Source of the DNA: Prorocentrum cordatum
Lineage: Eukaryota
Assembly (NCBI GenBank): GCA_963575745.1
Contig: CAUYUJ010000172.1
Coordinates: 1-64,000, forward strand
DNA length: 64,000 bases
Direction of reading: 5' to 3'
Shown: positions 51,390-63,542 of the stretch, piece by piece
Position numbering within the stretch: the stretch's first letter is position 1
Layout of the letters: each line of letters opens with the position of its first letter
Translations under genes and position numbers: made by a program
Notes under the pieces: model-generated
What the model saw: the letters and a program-made list of their open reading frames with translations, nothing else
Told to the model about the DNA's origin: nothing
Database searches by the model: none

Positions 51390-53810
51390 CGACCCTCGAC
51401 CCTCGACCCTCGACCCCGGGGACGGCTGCGCGACCCGCCGCGGGGCCGGCGCCCCCGCCCAGCAGGCACGGCAGCCGCTCCAGCACGGCCGCGGCCCGCA
51501 GCTCCTGGAGGCCGCCACCGCCGCCGCCGTCGTCGTCGTTGCCGTCGTCGTCGTCATCGTCGTCGTCGGCGTCGGCGTCGCCGTCGCCGTCGGCGTCGGC
51601 GTCGGCGTCGCCGCCGCCGTCGTCGGCGTCGGCGTCGTCGGCGTCGTCGTCGGCGGCTCTCGTCAGCTCCGCGCGGATTTCTTGGATCCGCGCTGGAGCC
51701 CCCTCCCTGGCGCGCGGAGCGCGCCAGGGGGCGGCGCCGGGATCCAAAAAATCTTCGCAGAGCGTCGAAAGTGAATGATTGTGCAGCTCTTTCGTCTCCG
51801 AGCGGCGTCGAGGCCATCGGGGCCGACTCGACGATCTTCAGACCGAGTGTTAACGCAAACGCTGACGCAGACTCCAGAGTACTGGACAGAGCAGCGCAGA
51901 CTTGCTTCGACATGTTCGGCCCCTGGGGTCCCTCGCTGGCCGCCAGGACGCCAGGACCATCAGCAGAACACTCAGGACGAAAGGCTGGCCCCAGGGAAAC
52001 GGTCGGGGCTTCTGGTGGGCCGCATGGAAAAGAAGGCAGCTCGGATCTCTGCACGGATCCCCGCAGGGATACTGAAGGGGTACGATCTTCGCGCTGCCAT
52101 CAGGCACGCCGAACGAAGAACGGAGGGGCCCGTCTGGCCACGGCCCGCCTCATCCACGGGTGAGCTCCCCGACCTGGAACCCGGGGCGCGGCCCGAAAAC
52201 GCGGGCAAAGAACAGCTCACGCGTGTCGTCGACAAACACTCGGTGGCAACCCGTGGGGGCCTCCCGTGCCATGTGGTCGGCTCTTACGGATCGACGCTGG
52301 CCGACGCCAGATCGACGCTACATTCGACACTCATCGACGCTAGCCGACGCCAACTCGGCACTATCTCATCGACTCCCAGACACTACTTGACGCTAATCGA
52401 CGCTGAAGGCAAAATCGACGCTGATCGACGCTAATCGACTCCCAGACGCTAATCGACGCTAGTTGACGAGGGTACACGAGGCTCCCGTGATTGGCTACCG
52501 AACAAATACGCACACGCGACAGTCCTCGTGCTGCTGCCACAAGAGGAGCGCGGAAGAGAGAAAAAGAGGAACGGAGGGGGCGCTTCTGTGGCCAGGGCGC
52601 GCCTCGGACGCGACTAGCTCCCCCGACCTCCTGCTCCTCCTGCTCCTCCTCCACAAATCCTCCTCCTCGTCCTCTGAGAAACGGCCCGAAAACCAGAACC
52701 CCTCATGAGCCGAAAATTGTCTTATTGTTTGCAGCGTCGTGGCTGCAGGGGCGGTTCTCAGCGGGATGCTACGGCGGCGAATATATGTGCCTAACCGGCT
52801 GATTACGGAAGCTGTCTCCCCTACATGGCTCGGGGGGGGTCTGGGCCGTGTGGGGGCTCTGCCCACCTAACGGGGACATCGACCGCCCCTAGGACACTTA
52901 GGGCGCTTGTAATTCTCGCGCAAGCTATCTTAAGCCAAATGAAAGCCGCCGTAGTATCCACGTAGAGCACCCTATCCCCCGTAGCAACTCCCGCCGTAAG
53001 AGATCGACGGTGAGCGATAGGCCCGCCATTGAGCGATGCCTGGTCGCTGGGCGTTTCGTCGAAGATCGAGAATCGCCGACGAGGCTCGAGGATCGAGGGT
53101 CAGGGCTCAAGGTTTGATGATCGAGGATCAAGGACCGAGGTTGAAGGTTCGAGGATTCAGGACCTAGGACCGAGGATCGAGGATCGAGGGGCGAGGTTCG
53201 CGGCTCGAGGTCCGAGGTCATCGCGGCGACAAGGTTCAAGGAGCCAGGTCTTTCGACGAGTCTTTGTCGGATGTTGCTAGGAGTGCCCCTGGCCCAAGGT
53301 GCCCCCAGGATTGTCGAAGTGGCCCAGACGGCCTCCAGAGCACGCCCCACGAGGTCCAGGGTAGGAGAAGAAAAAAACACACAAACGTAAACTTCTGGCG
53401 CTCCGCGCGGATTTCTTAGATCCGCGTCGGACCCCCCTCCCTGGCGCGCGGAGCGCGCCAGGGGCGGCGCCGGAGGCGCCGCTGGGTGGGCCCAGCGCGG
53501 ATCCGAGAAATCCGCGCGGAGCGCCCAAAGTTTATGCTTGTGTGATTTTTGCTCTTCTTCGAGGGGGACAGGGGGATGGAAGAGGAGGAGGAGGGAGGAG
53601 GAGGTGGAGAAAGAGGAGGAGGAGGAGGAGGAGGAGGAAGGAGGAGGGAGGAGACAGAGGAAGGAGGTGTAGTTTGTGTGGTTTTCATGTTTGTGTGGGG
53701 CCCCCAAAAGGAAGCCAGAAGCTGGGGGCACCTCGGGCCAGGGGCACCTGCAGCCACCCCCGCCTCTGGACGCCCTCGGCTCTGCTGGGCGCCTCCGGAG
53801 CCCTCCAGAG

Positions 53811-53885
<75 letters not shown>

Positions 53886-54288
53886 CGGTGCTCGCGTCGT
53901 CGCCCTCTGCGAGCAGGGGCGCGCGCTCGCAGCTCGGCCCTGGCCGCCGCTCCGCCTACCCAGAGGCCGCCGGTGTCCGGAGCAGCTCCAGTCCGGCGCA
54001 GCAGGATCCTAAGGCGCAAGTCGGGCACGTCCCCCTACAGGGGGATTTTCCACGAAAATAAGAAATACCCCAAAAATGCCCCAAAAAGGTCAACAAGTAC
54101 TCAAAAATAGTCCCCGTACTATTTTGGGACTTTTTTTTGTACTATTTTTCGGGTATTTTTATTGTTCGTCGAAAATCCCCCTGTAGGGGGACAGGCCCGA
54201 CATAATCCTAAGCTTAAGTCGGGCACGTCCCTCTACAGGAAAGAGTACAGAAAAGTACTGAGAAAAATACTCCGGGGACCAGACGGAC

Positions 54289-54433
54289 GGGGCTGGACCT
54301 AGACGGTGTTTGGGGCGATTTCGTGAGCCGTTTTCGTTTCGACTTCGCTGCGCGGTGAAGGCGGAGTCGAGACAAAAGCGAGGGAAAACGAAAACAAAAC
54401 GAAAACGAAAAACACCGTTTAGGTTCAGCCCTG
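54289..54433. mobile_element. MITE family E (TIR GGGCTGRACCTARACGGTGT) nested inside a family-A MITE
   Basis: GGGCTGGACCTAGACGGTGT...ACACCGTTTAGGTTCAGCCC; a reversed free copy lies at ~55521-55666. Confidence 0.7.
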
Positions 54434-56455
54434 GACGATTTGTTCGATTATGTTTGACCATTTTCTGCAGTTTTGGACTATTCAAAACTTTTCTTCCAAA
54501 ATCGGCCTGTAGGGGGACATGCCCGACCTAATCCTAAGGATGCGACGCAGGGATGCAGGGGCCCTGGACGCCCAAGCTGAGACCAGCGATGATGGTCAAG
54601 GATGGGACCGAACATGCCAGGATCAGAGGGTGGCCAAGGGAAGCTGCTCCTCATGGTCCTCCTGTGCTCAATGCACATGGGCCCCTGGTGGACCTCGCGA
54701 CAACTTGCCGGGGGCCAGCACCTCGTCCAGCTGGATCGCTCACTGGCTGCACCCGGGGCCGAGAACGTCCCCTCCTCCCCGAGATCCGATGCTGCGAAAA
54801 ATTGCAACATCGCGACCAGAAGGAGGAGGAGGGAGGACGAAGAAGAGGAGGCCCAAGACCCCGTCTATCTGCGCCACTCTTCGAGCCCCCATCGATCTGT
54901 GATGATCCCAGGGCCCGGAGCTGGGCGAGAACGCGCCAGGGGTTACAGAAGTGCGACGCCTGGATCCCAGGGCTCGGGCCAAGAAACGCCCGCGTTGATT
55001 TCTGCCGGCGCCTTGGAGGTCTGGCCCCTCCTCCTCTCGTTGAGGGGTCGACGACTCCTGCTGTCCCTCGACTCGCGATGAAACGCCGACGGTCTGATCC
55101 GGATTTCCCTGGGGATCTCTGCATCTACCTCGATCGGTCTGGCTCGGCCTCGATCCACCTCGACCGACCCCTGCTGATCTGGCTGGACCTCCGCCGGTGG
55201 GTCGGCGGAAATGCGCCAAGACCCGAGGGGTTCTCGCCGTCGGCGGGCCCGGCGCCCCACCCCCTCGGGGGGGAGGAAGAGGAGGAGGGAGGAGGAGGAG
55301 GAGGAGGAGGAGGAGGAGGAGGAGGAGGAGGAGGGAGAGGGAGGAGGAGGAGGAGGAGGAGGAGGAGGAGGAGGAGGAGGAGGAGGAGGAGGAGGAGGAG
55401 GGGGGCGCGGTGGCGCGGCCTGCGCGAACCGCAGCAGCGTCCTCCCGCTGTGGTCCTTCCACTCCTGGGGGGGGGGGGCGCGCGCCGCGCCAGGGCGAGG
55501 GACCGCCCTCGGCCCTCGCGCAGGGCTGAACCCACTCGGTGTTTCTCGTGTTCGTTTTGTTTTCGTTTTCCCTCGCTCTTGTGTCGATTCCACCTTTGCC
55601 ACAAAACAAAGTCAAAACGAAAATTGCCCACGAAATCACCAGAGACACTATTTAGGTCCAGCCCTGCCCTCGCGCCCAGGCTCTTCCGGCTGGAGGCAGC
55701 CTTGCCGCGGCAACACGCGAGAGCCTCCCAGACCGTCTGGCTGGCTCTTGCGACGTTCGCCGACGCTGATCGGCGCAAATCGACGCCAAATCGGCGCTCT
55801 CCCATCGACTACCTGACGCTAGCGCACGCCAACGTGCACTCTGAAGACGGAATTGCGAGGACGCGCACGGCTCCCATGGTGTCCGAGCAGATGGGTTCGG
55901 AGGATGCATCGGCGACGTCGGCGTGGAGAAAAACGGGCTCCACATCGATCCGCATCGTTGATGAATCGGCAATGCGGCGTGATCCTCCGACTCCGACCGC
56001 GTCTGCTCGGACCTCACCTGGGAGGCCTAGAATTATGCTACCGAGCAACTGTGAGCTCTCTTCTAGACCGTGAGCGAGACTCGTGGCAAGACGTCCAGTG
56101 CCCTTGCACTTTTTACGTCGCAGCGCGGCAGAGGCGATCCGCACGCGCGCTCTTGTAGCCTGTGGCGCGTGGCGTACTACTTATCCCGGCAGCAAATAGC
56201 CCGCGGCCGCGGAACGTAGGCCAGCGGGTCCAGTGCCCTCACACGAGACCTCGTGGACTTCCGTGCATTCGGCGCAGGGGCAAGAACGGACGCCGGCGTC
56301 CCGCGGGCGGCCCCCCCTCCGCGGGGCGAGCTGCATCCCCGCCACCCGCTCCTCACCGCAGCTGGAGGGACAAAAAAAGCACACACACACACACCTCCTC
56401 CTCCTCCTCCTCCTCCTCCTCCTCCTCCTCCTCCTCCTCCTCCTCCTCCTGCTCC

Positions 56456-56555
56456 NNNNNNNNNNNNNNNNNNNNNNNNNNNNNNNNNNNNNNNNNNNNN
56501 NNNNNNNNNNNNNNNNNNNNNNNNNNNNNNNNNNNNNNNNNNNNNNNNNNNNNNN
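56456..56555. other. Assembly gap (100 N)
   Basis: Run of N. Confidence 1.
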
Positions 56556-56745
56556 CCTCCTCCTCGTGGCTCCTCCTCCTCCTCCTCCTCCTCCTCCTCC
56601 TATTCCCTCCTCCTCCTCCTCCTCCGCCTTATCCTCCTACTCCCTCCCTCCGCCCTCCTCCTCCTCCTCCGCCTCCTGCTGCTCCTCTCCGCCTCCTCCT
56701 CCCCCTCCTCCTCCCCTCTCCCCTCCTTCTTCTCTTCCTCCTCCG

Positions 56746-56776
<31 letters not shown>

Positions 56777-56993
56777 TACTCCTCCTCCTCCTCCTCCTCC
56801 TCCTCCGCCTCCTCCTTCCTCCTTCCTCCTTCCTCCTTCCTCGTCCTCCTCCTCCTCCTCCTCCTACTTCTCCTGCGCCTGCTCCTCATACTCCTCATCC
56901 TTAGCCTTTTTCCACTCGTGCTCCTCCACCTCCTCTCCTCCTTCCGCTAGGGACGCGCGCCGCGCGGGGGGGTGGATGAAGGGCCTTTTTCGC

Positions 56994-57041
56994 CTCGGCC
57001 CTGGAGCTCTGCTCGTCGTCCTCCGCGCCCTCGTCCTCGCT
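56994..57041 (-). CDS. Candidate micro-exon (SEDEGAEDDEQSSRAE)
   Basis: GCAG| acceptor, GAG|GC donor, 48 nt, phase 0/0; continues the acidic tract of the previous candidate. Confidence 0.4.
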
Positions 57042-58330
57042 CTGCCATCCAAGGTGGGGGGTGGGGGCAGGTCCGAGTGGCGGTGCGCACTCAAAGGTGG
57101 GGATGCACATCTCGCGGGGGTTCCTCCTCGTGTCCTCTTCAATCCTGCGTCCTCCTCTTTCCTCCATCCTCCCTCCTCCCTCCGTCCTTCTCCCCTCCCT
57201 CCCTCCCTCCCCATACCCGCTCTTTCCTTTCCTCTCCTCCTCCTCCTCCTCCTCCTCCTCCTCCTCCTCCTCCTCCTCCTCCTCCTCCTCCTTATTTCAA
57301 GCTTTAAGCCTTTAACTGCGTGATCCCACGACGTGAAATCAGCAGTCGAGACATAACACAGTTGAGGGCAAGCTGTGGGCACGCACAACACCTCACCTCC
57401 TCTTGATGGGGCTGCCGGGGTCGATCTAGTTCTTGGTAATGAGTTCACCCCACGCTTTAAGAGGCCGAAGATCAAGCGGCGTCTTTGTTCTGGGGGTGTC
57501 CCGCACTCCTGCCCCAGCTGCCACCATCGCGACGAGGTGGGCCCATCCACAAGAAGTTTCGGATTCGATCGTGGATTGTGAGCGGATGAAACAACAGACT
57601 GGCGAGCCAATTTGGCCCGCAACAGCAATGCCGTTCTGAAGTTCGCTGTTGCAAGCTCCTCGCCCGAAGACTTAAGAGCTAGAACGGCTCATTTCTTCTT
57701 CTTCTTCTTCTTCTTCTCCTCCTCCTCCTCCTCCTCCTCCTCCTCCCCCCTCCTACCTCATCTTCCCTCGTTCCTCCATCCTCCCTTCCTCCCTCCCCCT
57801 CCTTTCTCCCACTTCCTCGCGCATCCTCCTTCCTCCTTCCTCCTCCCTCCTTCCTCCTCCTCTTTCCTCCTGCTCCCCCCTGGGAGGGCGGGGTGGGGGC
57901 AGCAACTTGGGGAGGAGGCAAGGGGGGACAGGAGCAAGTGGGGGAGGAAGCCCGGCGGCCGCAACAGAGGCACGCCGAACCCACGGGGGAAGCACCGCAC
58001 GCGCCCTGGGGCTGCCACTCCCCCCCAGCAGCTGGACGGCGCTCGAGAACGAAGCGGTGCGGGCACGTGCTGCCCCCCTGGGAGCAGTCCCCGCTCCTGC
58101 TGTGGGCGCCGGGGAGGGGTGGGAGGGCGCCAGGCGGCCTGCGGCGCGCAGGCCACGGCCTGGCCCATCCCTGGGCCCAGGGCGCACCTGGCCACGGGGC
58201 CAGCGCGCGCATGCATGGTGTAACTCTCGCCGCCCGAGAGAGGAACGAGGCTCCCCTCCGCCCGCCCCGCCCTCCAACCGCAGCGCTCCGCCTCTGCCCG
58301 CGCGCGCGCGCGCGCCCCAGGCCGCTGGTC

Positions 58331-58372
58331 CTCCTCCGACTCGTCCGTCGTCTCCTTGGCGGCGGCCGTGCC
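58331..58372 (-). CDS. Candidate micro-exon (GTAAAKETTDESEE)
   Basis: TTGCAG|G acceptor, GAG|GA donor, 42 nt, phase 0/0. Confidence 0.4.
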
Positions 58373-58557
58373 CTGCAAGGGAGCCGCGGCGCCGCTGGGC
58401 GGCAGGCGGAGCGCCGGAAGAAGCACGAGGCACCCTCGCTCGTCCCACCCAGTATGTCCGTGAGCCCCTCCTCCCCCTCTCGCTCCTCCTCTTCCTCCCG
58501 CTCTTGCTCCTCCTCGGCCTTATCGTCCTCATCACAGAGGAGGTGAGAAGAACAGGG

Positions 58558-58785
58558 ATGATGATAAAAAAACGATGCTGATGACGGTGATGATGCTCGT
58601 GATGCTGATGCTGATGATGATGATGCTGACGATGATACTGATGCTAATGATGATGGAGATGATGCTAGTGGTATTATGACGATGATGGTAATGCTGATAA
58701 TGATAATAATAATAATAATGATGATGATGCTGATGATGATGGCGATGATGATGATGATGCTGATGATAATGATAATGATGATGAC

Positions 58786-58819
<34 letters not shown>

Positions 58820-58827
58820 CTGATGAC

Positions 58828-58875
<48 letters not shown>

Positions 58876-59190
58876 AGTGATGATGACGATGGCAATGCTA
58901 CTGATGATGATGTTGATGCTGACGACGACGAAGATGATGTTGATGACGATGACGATGACGATGACGATGATGACGATGATGATGATGATGATGCTGATGA
59001 TGATGATGCTGATGATGATGATGATGATGATGATGATGACGATGATGATGGATGATGATGCTGATTGGAATGATTATGATGGTGCTGCTGATGATGCTGC
59101 TGATACTGGTGACGATTATGAGTATGATGGGCATGATGTTGACGATGACGACGATGATGACGATAACGATGATGGTGATGATGTTGGTGG

Positions 59191-59231
<41 letters not shown>

Positions 59232-59272
59232 CAGATGATGATGCTGCTGATAATGATGATGCTGATGATGGT
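58558..59272. repeat. Degenerate (GAT)n microsatellite
   Basis: Direct reading. Confidence 0.95.
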
Positions 59273-59826
59273 GGAGAGGAGGAGGAGGAGGAGGAGGAAC
59301 GAGGAGGAGGCAAGAGGATGAGGAGGCGGAGTAGGAAAAACAGGAGGAGTGGATGGGGAGGAAAAAGGGATGAGAAACCACGAACATGAGGAGGAATCCT
59401 CTGCGTCACAGGTCCCGGATACATAGACAGTTGCATGCATATTTGATATCAAAGGAGAAAGGTGGATATAGAGAGAGGGAGACAGAGAGAGAGAGAGAGA
59501 GCGGGGGATGAGGAAGATAACGATAGAGTGGCGAGGGCGCCCAGACACAGCCCGCGATGCCTGCTCGTCGTCGTCCTCCTCCTCCTCCTCCTCCCGCCCC
59601 CCTGCTGCCGCTGCTGCTGCTCCTCCTCCTCCTCCTCCTTCTCCTCCTCCTCCTCCTCCTCCCCTCTTTCTCCTCCTCCTCCTCCTCCTCCTCCTCCTCC
59701 TCCTCCTCCTCTTCCTCCCCCCTCCGCCGCCCATTCCCATGTCCACTCTCCCTCCCCCTCCTTCTCCCCCTCCCCCTCCCCCTTGCCTCGCAGGTGGGGC
59801 ACCCCCTGCGTGCCGCCCCAGGCGTC

Positions 59827-59925
59827 CTCGGCCTCGCTGCCCTTCGCCCCGAGGTTGCCGCTCACCATGCGCAGCAGCGTCGGCATGGGAGGTGGCGCAG
59901 ATCGGGTGGCGTCTCCACGCTCGGC
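59827..59925 (-). CDS. Candidate internal exon (AERGDATRSAPPPMPTLLRMVSGNLGAKGSEAE)
   Basis: CAG|G acceptor, GAG|GA donor, 99 nt, phase 0/0; a unique island between microsatellites. Confidence 0.4.
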
Positions 59926-60232
59926 CTGCCCTCCCCCTCCGGGGGGGCCGCGGGGGGCGGACGGGGGAATGGGGGGAGGGGGGAGGAAGAGGGCGGAGGA
60001 AGAGGAGGAGGAGGAGGAGGAGGAGGAGGAGGAGGAGGAGGAGGAGGAGGAGGAGGAGGAGGAGGAGGGGAGGAGGAGGAGGAGAGGAGGAGGAGAGGAG
60101 AGGAGGAGGAGGAGGAGGAGGAGAGGAGGAGGGGAGGAGGGAAGAGAGGAGGAGCAGGAGGAGGAGGAGGAGGAGGGTCGGGACGGCCTGGCAGCAGAAC
60201 ATCCAGCTTCATCATCAGCAACGCCTGCATGC

Positions 60233-60300
60233 CTCCTCATTGGCCCGAATTCGGGCTGCTAACTCTCGCAATCGGTCCGACTCGACCAAGCGCGAGGAAC
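60233..60300 (-). CDS. Candidate internal exon (SSRLVESDRLRELAARIRANEE) of an unknown multi-exon gene
   Basis: CAG|GT acceptor and GAG|GC donor; ends in phase 0, compatible with the next candidate exon. Confidence 0.35.
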
Positions 60301-61051
60301 CTGCAGCACGGGTGCCTGGAGGGGCAAGGAGCACCGACTTGGGCGGCGCCCGCGCAGGAGCCACCGAATCGTCACCCTCGGGATTCTTTCTGTAATGAGG
60401 TTGGTGGCCAGCACGGAGGCGAGCGAGCGTACTTGCTCCTGAGGTGCTCAGCTTCCTCTCACACTCCTGGCCCAGCGAGGAGGGGGAGGAGGCGAGGGGG
60501 AGGAGGAGGAGGACGGGTAGGAACAGCAGTAGCAGCAGCATCAGCAATAGTCATTGTAGTAGCTGCAGGCGTCCGCAGCAACAGTAACAGCAGCCGCAGA
60601 AGCAGTAACATACTACCCCCAGTAGCATCAGTGATAGCAACAACAATTGCAATAACAGTAGTCGTAGTAGTCGGAGAAGGAGGAAGGCGAGGGAGGAGGA
60701 CGAGTAAGATTAGCATGACAGTAAGAGGGGGTGGAACAATACATGGCGGGGTAGAATGTCAGATACGGCGCCGGATGTACCTAGCGTAGGTCATCTGTCG
60801 TCTCCACGCTTTGATTCACCATTTGCTGCGCATTTAGAGAAGGGGGAGCTTTACACACTGGAAGAACAGGAAGAGGAGGCGGATGAGCTGGAGGAGGATG
60901 AGGACGGCGGAGCAGGAGAAGCAGGAGAAGCAGGAGGACCAGTGGAAAGGGGAGTGGGGGGGATGGGAGACAGCAGCGAAGAAGGAACCGGACCCAGAAG
61001 TGCGGCCGACGATGCAGCGGGAACACCCTTGAGACACACGTAGGAGCAACT

Positions 61052-61478
61052 TGTGCGTGCGTGTGAGAGTGCGTGTGTGAGTGAATGAGTGTATGTATGT
61101 GTTCTGTGCTGTTGCGCGTCGTGTTGTGTGTGTTGTGTGCTGTGCTGTGTGTTGCGTGTCGTGTGTTGTGTGTGTGTGTGTGTTGCGTGTGTTGTGTGTT
61201 GTGTGTTATGTGTGTTGCGTGTGTTGTTTGTGTGTTGCGTGTTGTGTGTTGTGTGTTGCGTGTGGTGTGGTGTGTGTGTGTGTGTGTGTTATGTATTGTG
61301 TGTTGTGTGTTGGGTGTTGTGTGTGCTGTGTGTTACGTGTTGTGTTACGTGTTGTGTGTTATGTGGTGTGTGGTGTGTGTTGTGTGTTGTGAGTGTGTGT
61401 TGTGTGATGTGTTGTGTGCGGTGTGTGGTGTGTGGTGTGTGGTATGTGGTGTGTGGTGTGTGTGTGTGTGTGTTGTGT
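61052..61478. repeat. GT-rich degenerate microsatellite
   Basis: Direct reading. Confidence 0.95.
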
Positions 61479-61789
61479 GGGGAGCTGCAGAATTATACGT
61501 GGGAGAGGAGGGAGCAGCACTGCAGATTGCCAGGGGAGGGTGGAGAGTAGCACTCACAAATAATATGTTTTTAGAAGTGTTCTGAAGCTTTCGCGCGCGT
61601 TCTACGCATGGGTTGGGCTGGTTTACCTTAGTGGGCCCTGGAAGCGACAGGGCATGTTTCCCAACCATCCTGTGGTGTTGGGTCCTCGTTTTGAAGAGGC
61701 AGCGCCGCGCGATCCTTCTTTCCTTCCTCCTCCCCCTCTTCCCTCCTCCCATCCCTGCTTCTGACCTCCGCATGTCCATTTCTGCACAC

Positions 61790-62512
61790 TCTCATGCGCT
61801 CCGCGGCCCCATAGAAGGCCCTAGAGGCAGGGTTCGCATGAGGTTTCACCCCAATGCGGGCACATCCCTCAGACGCTTCGTGGCCCCAGAAGGAACTTCA
61901 CCGAATGCCCCCTTTGCCAAGGTTCACGTGCGGTTTCCCCCCCATCCCGGGACACCCCTTGAACGTTTCGTGCCCCCATAGGGACCTCCACCGGAAGCCC
62001 CAGTGGCAAGGTTTGCATTTAGTTCAACCCCAATGTCGGTACACCCTTCACAGGTTTCGTGCCCCAAAGGGGGAGCTCAACCGAAGGCCGCAGTGGCAGG
62101 GCTCGCATGCGGTTCCACCCCCATTTCGGCGCACCCCTCATACATGTCGTCGCCTTCACCGAAGGCCGCCGTGGCACGGTTCGCGTGCGGTTCTATCCGC
62201 ATGTCAGCACCGCAGGGCTTCACCCTTCGTGCAGCCATAGGGCACCCCACCGAAGGCCAGTGGCATGGTTCGCATGCGGTTCCGCCCCCTGTTTCGGCGC
62301 ACCCCTTACCATTTCGCGCCGCCCGCTGTTTCGGCGCACCCCTCCCATAGGAAGCTCCACCGAAGGCCGCAGTAGCAGGGGTCGCATGGGGTTCTGCCCC
62401 CACCTTTGGGACACCACCATTCCAGCGCTTCGCGCCCCCATAGGGAGCTCCACCGAAGACCCAAGTGGCAGGGTTCGCATGCGGCTCCCCGTCAATTTCG
62501 GCACACCCCTCA
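61790..62512. repeat. Second, more diverged array of the same ~89-bp minisatellite
   Basis: Same motifs (CCGAAGGCC..GTGGCAGGGTTCGCATGCGG..TTTCGGCGCACCCCT). Confidence 0.85.
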
Positions 62513-63542
62513 CACATTCACACACTTCGTGCTCCCATACTTAGTTTCGTCGAAGACGATCTTCACAACAACGGTACCCACAATTGCATATGGTTGGTTC
62601 CTTCGCCAAGATATATTCTACCGGTTCCGTCTTGCAATGTTTGCCAATTGTGGTGTCGTTTTTTCCCTGTTCCGTCGCCGTTTCTTGTACGGTCCCGATT
62701 CCGCTTCCAATCCCAGAGCTGTTTTTCCGGCGCTTCCAGGAACAATTGCTTTACCGTTTCGTGCCCCAGAAAGCGGTTTTGGAAAACGACCAAAAACAGC
62801 TCTGCCATGTCTGGGGCCCAGGGGGGTACAGATTCCAGCCCCTCCGCCAGCCTCCACTGCTATTTCGCTTATTTTTCTCTCCTCATTTGGAAGGGGAGGA
62901 GTGGGACCCCCCTCATTTTCGCTCTGTTTCGCTTTTGTGTCACCCCTCATGTGGAGGAGGAGGAGGGGAGGGAGCGGGGGGACGGGTGAGGGCAGGAGGG
63001 GAAAGGAGAGAGGAGAGGGCAAGCTAGGCGCGCTCGCGCCACATCTGACATCCTACCCCTCCCTCCCATCCTTCACCCTCGCTCTGTTTTGTCTCTGTCT
63101 GCCAACGGTTTGTCACAGCGGACCCGGCACACCCAACAAGTCCCATCGTGTTGCGCGCAAATCTGAAGAGGGGAGCTGTGTGCCGCGGAAGAGGCGGTGC
63201 CGGATGAGCAGGAGGACGATGAGATGCACGAGGAAGAAGGCGTGGATGAACTGCAGCAGCAGAAGCAGTCGGAGCAGGAGGGGCAAGATGACCAGGGGAA
63301 GGCGGGGGAGGGGAGATGAAAGTGGCGACAACGACGAGGAACCGCTCGCATCCAGAAAGGTGGCCCGCGCTGGGGCGAGAGCACCGTGCACCGATCCCGA
63401 AATGAGGCTCCTGCTGCAGCGGGAGCGCCACTCTGGCAGGGCCAGAAACGTTCAGAGTGGAAGACCACATGAATAAACATAGTTCGGCACCATCCTGTCC
63501 TGATATATTCATACACGTGTACACATATAGTTAACTGTGTTT

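Noticed and set aside
54553..56073. Longest ORF in the window (506 aa, +)
   Set aside because: Runs through MITE copies and (GGA)n; no domain-like content.
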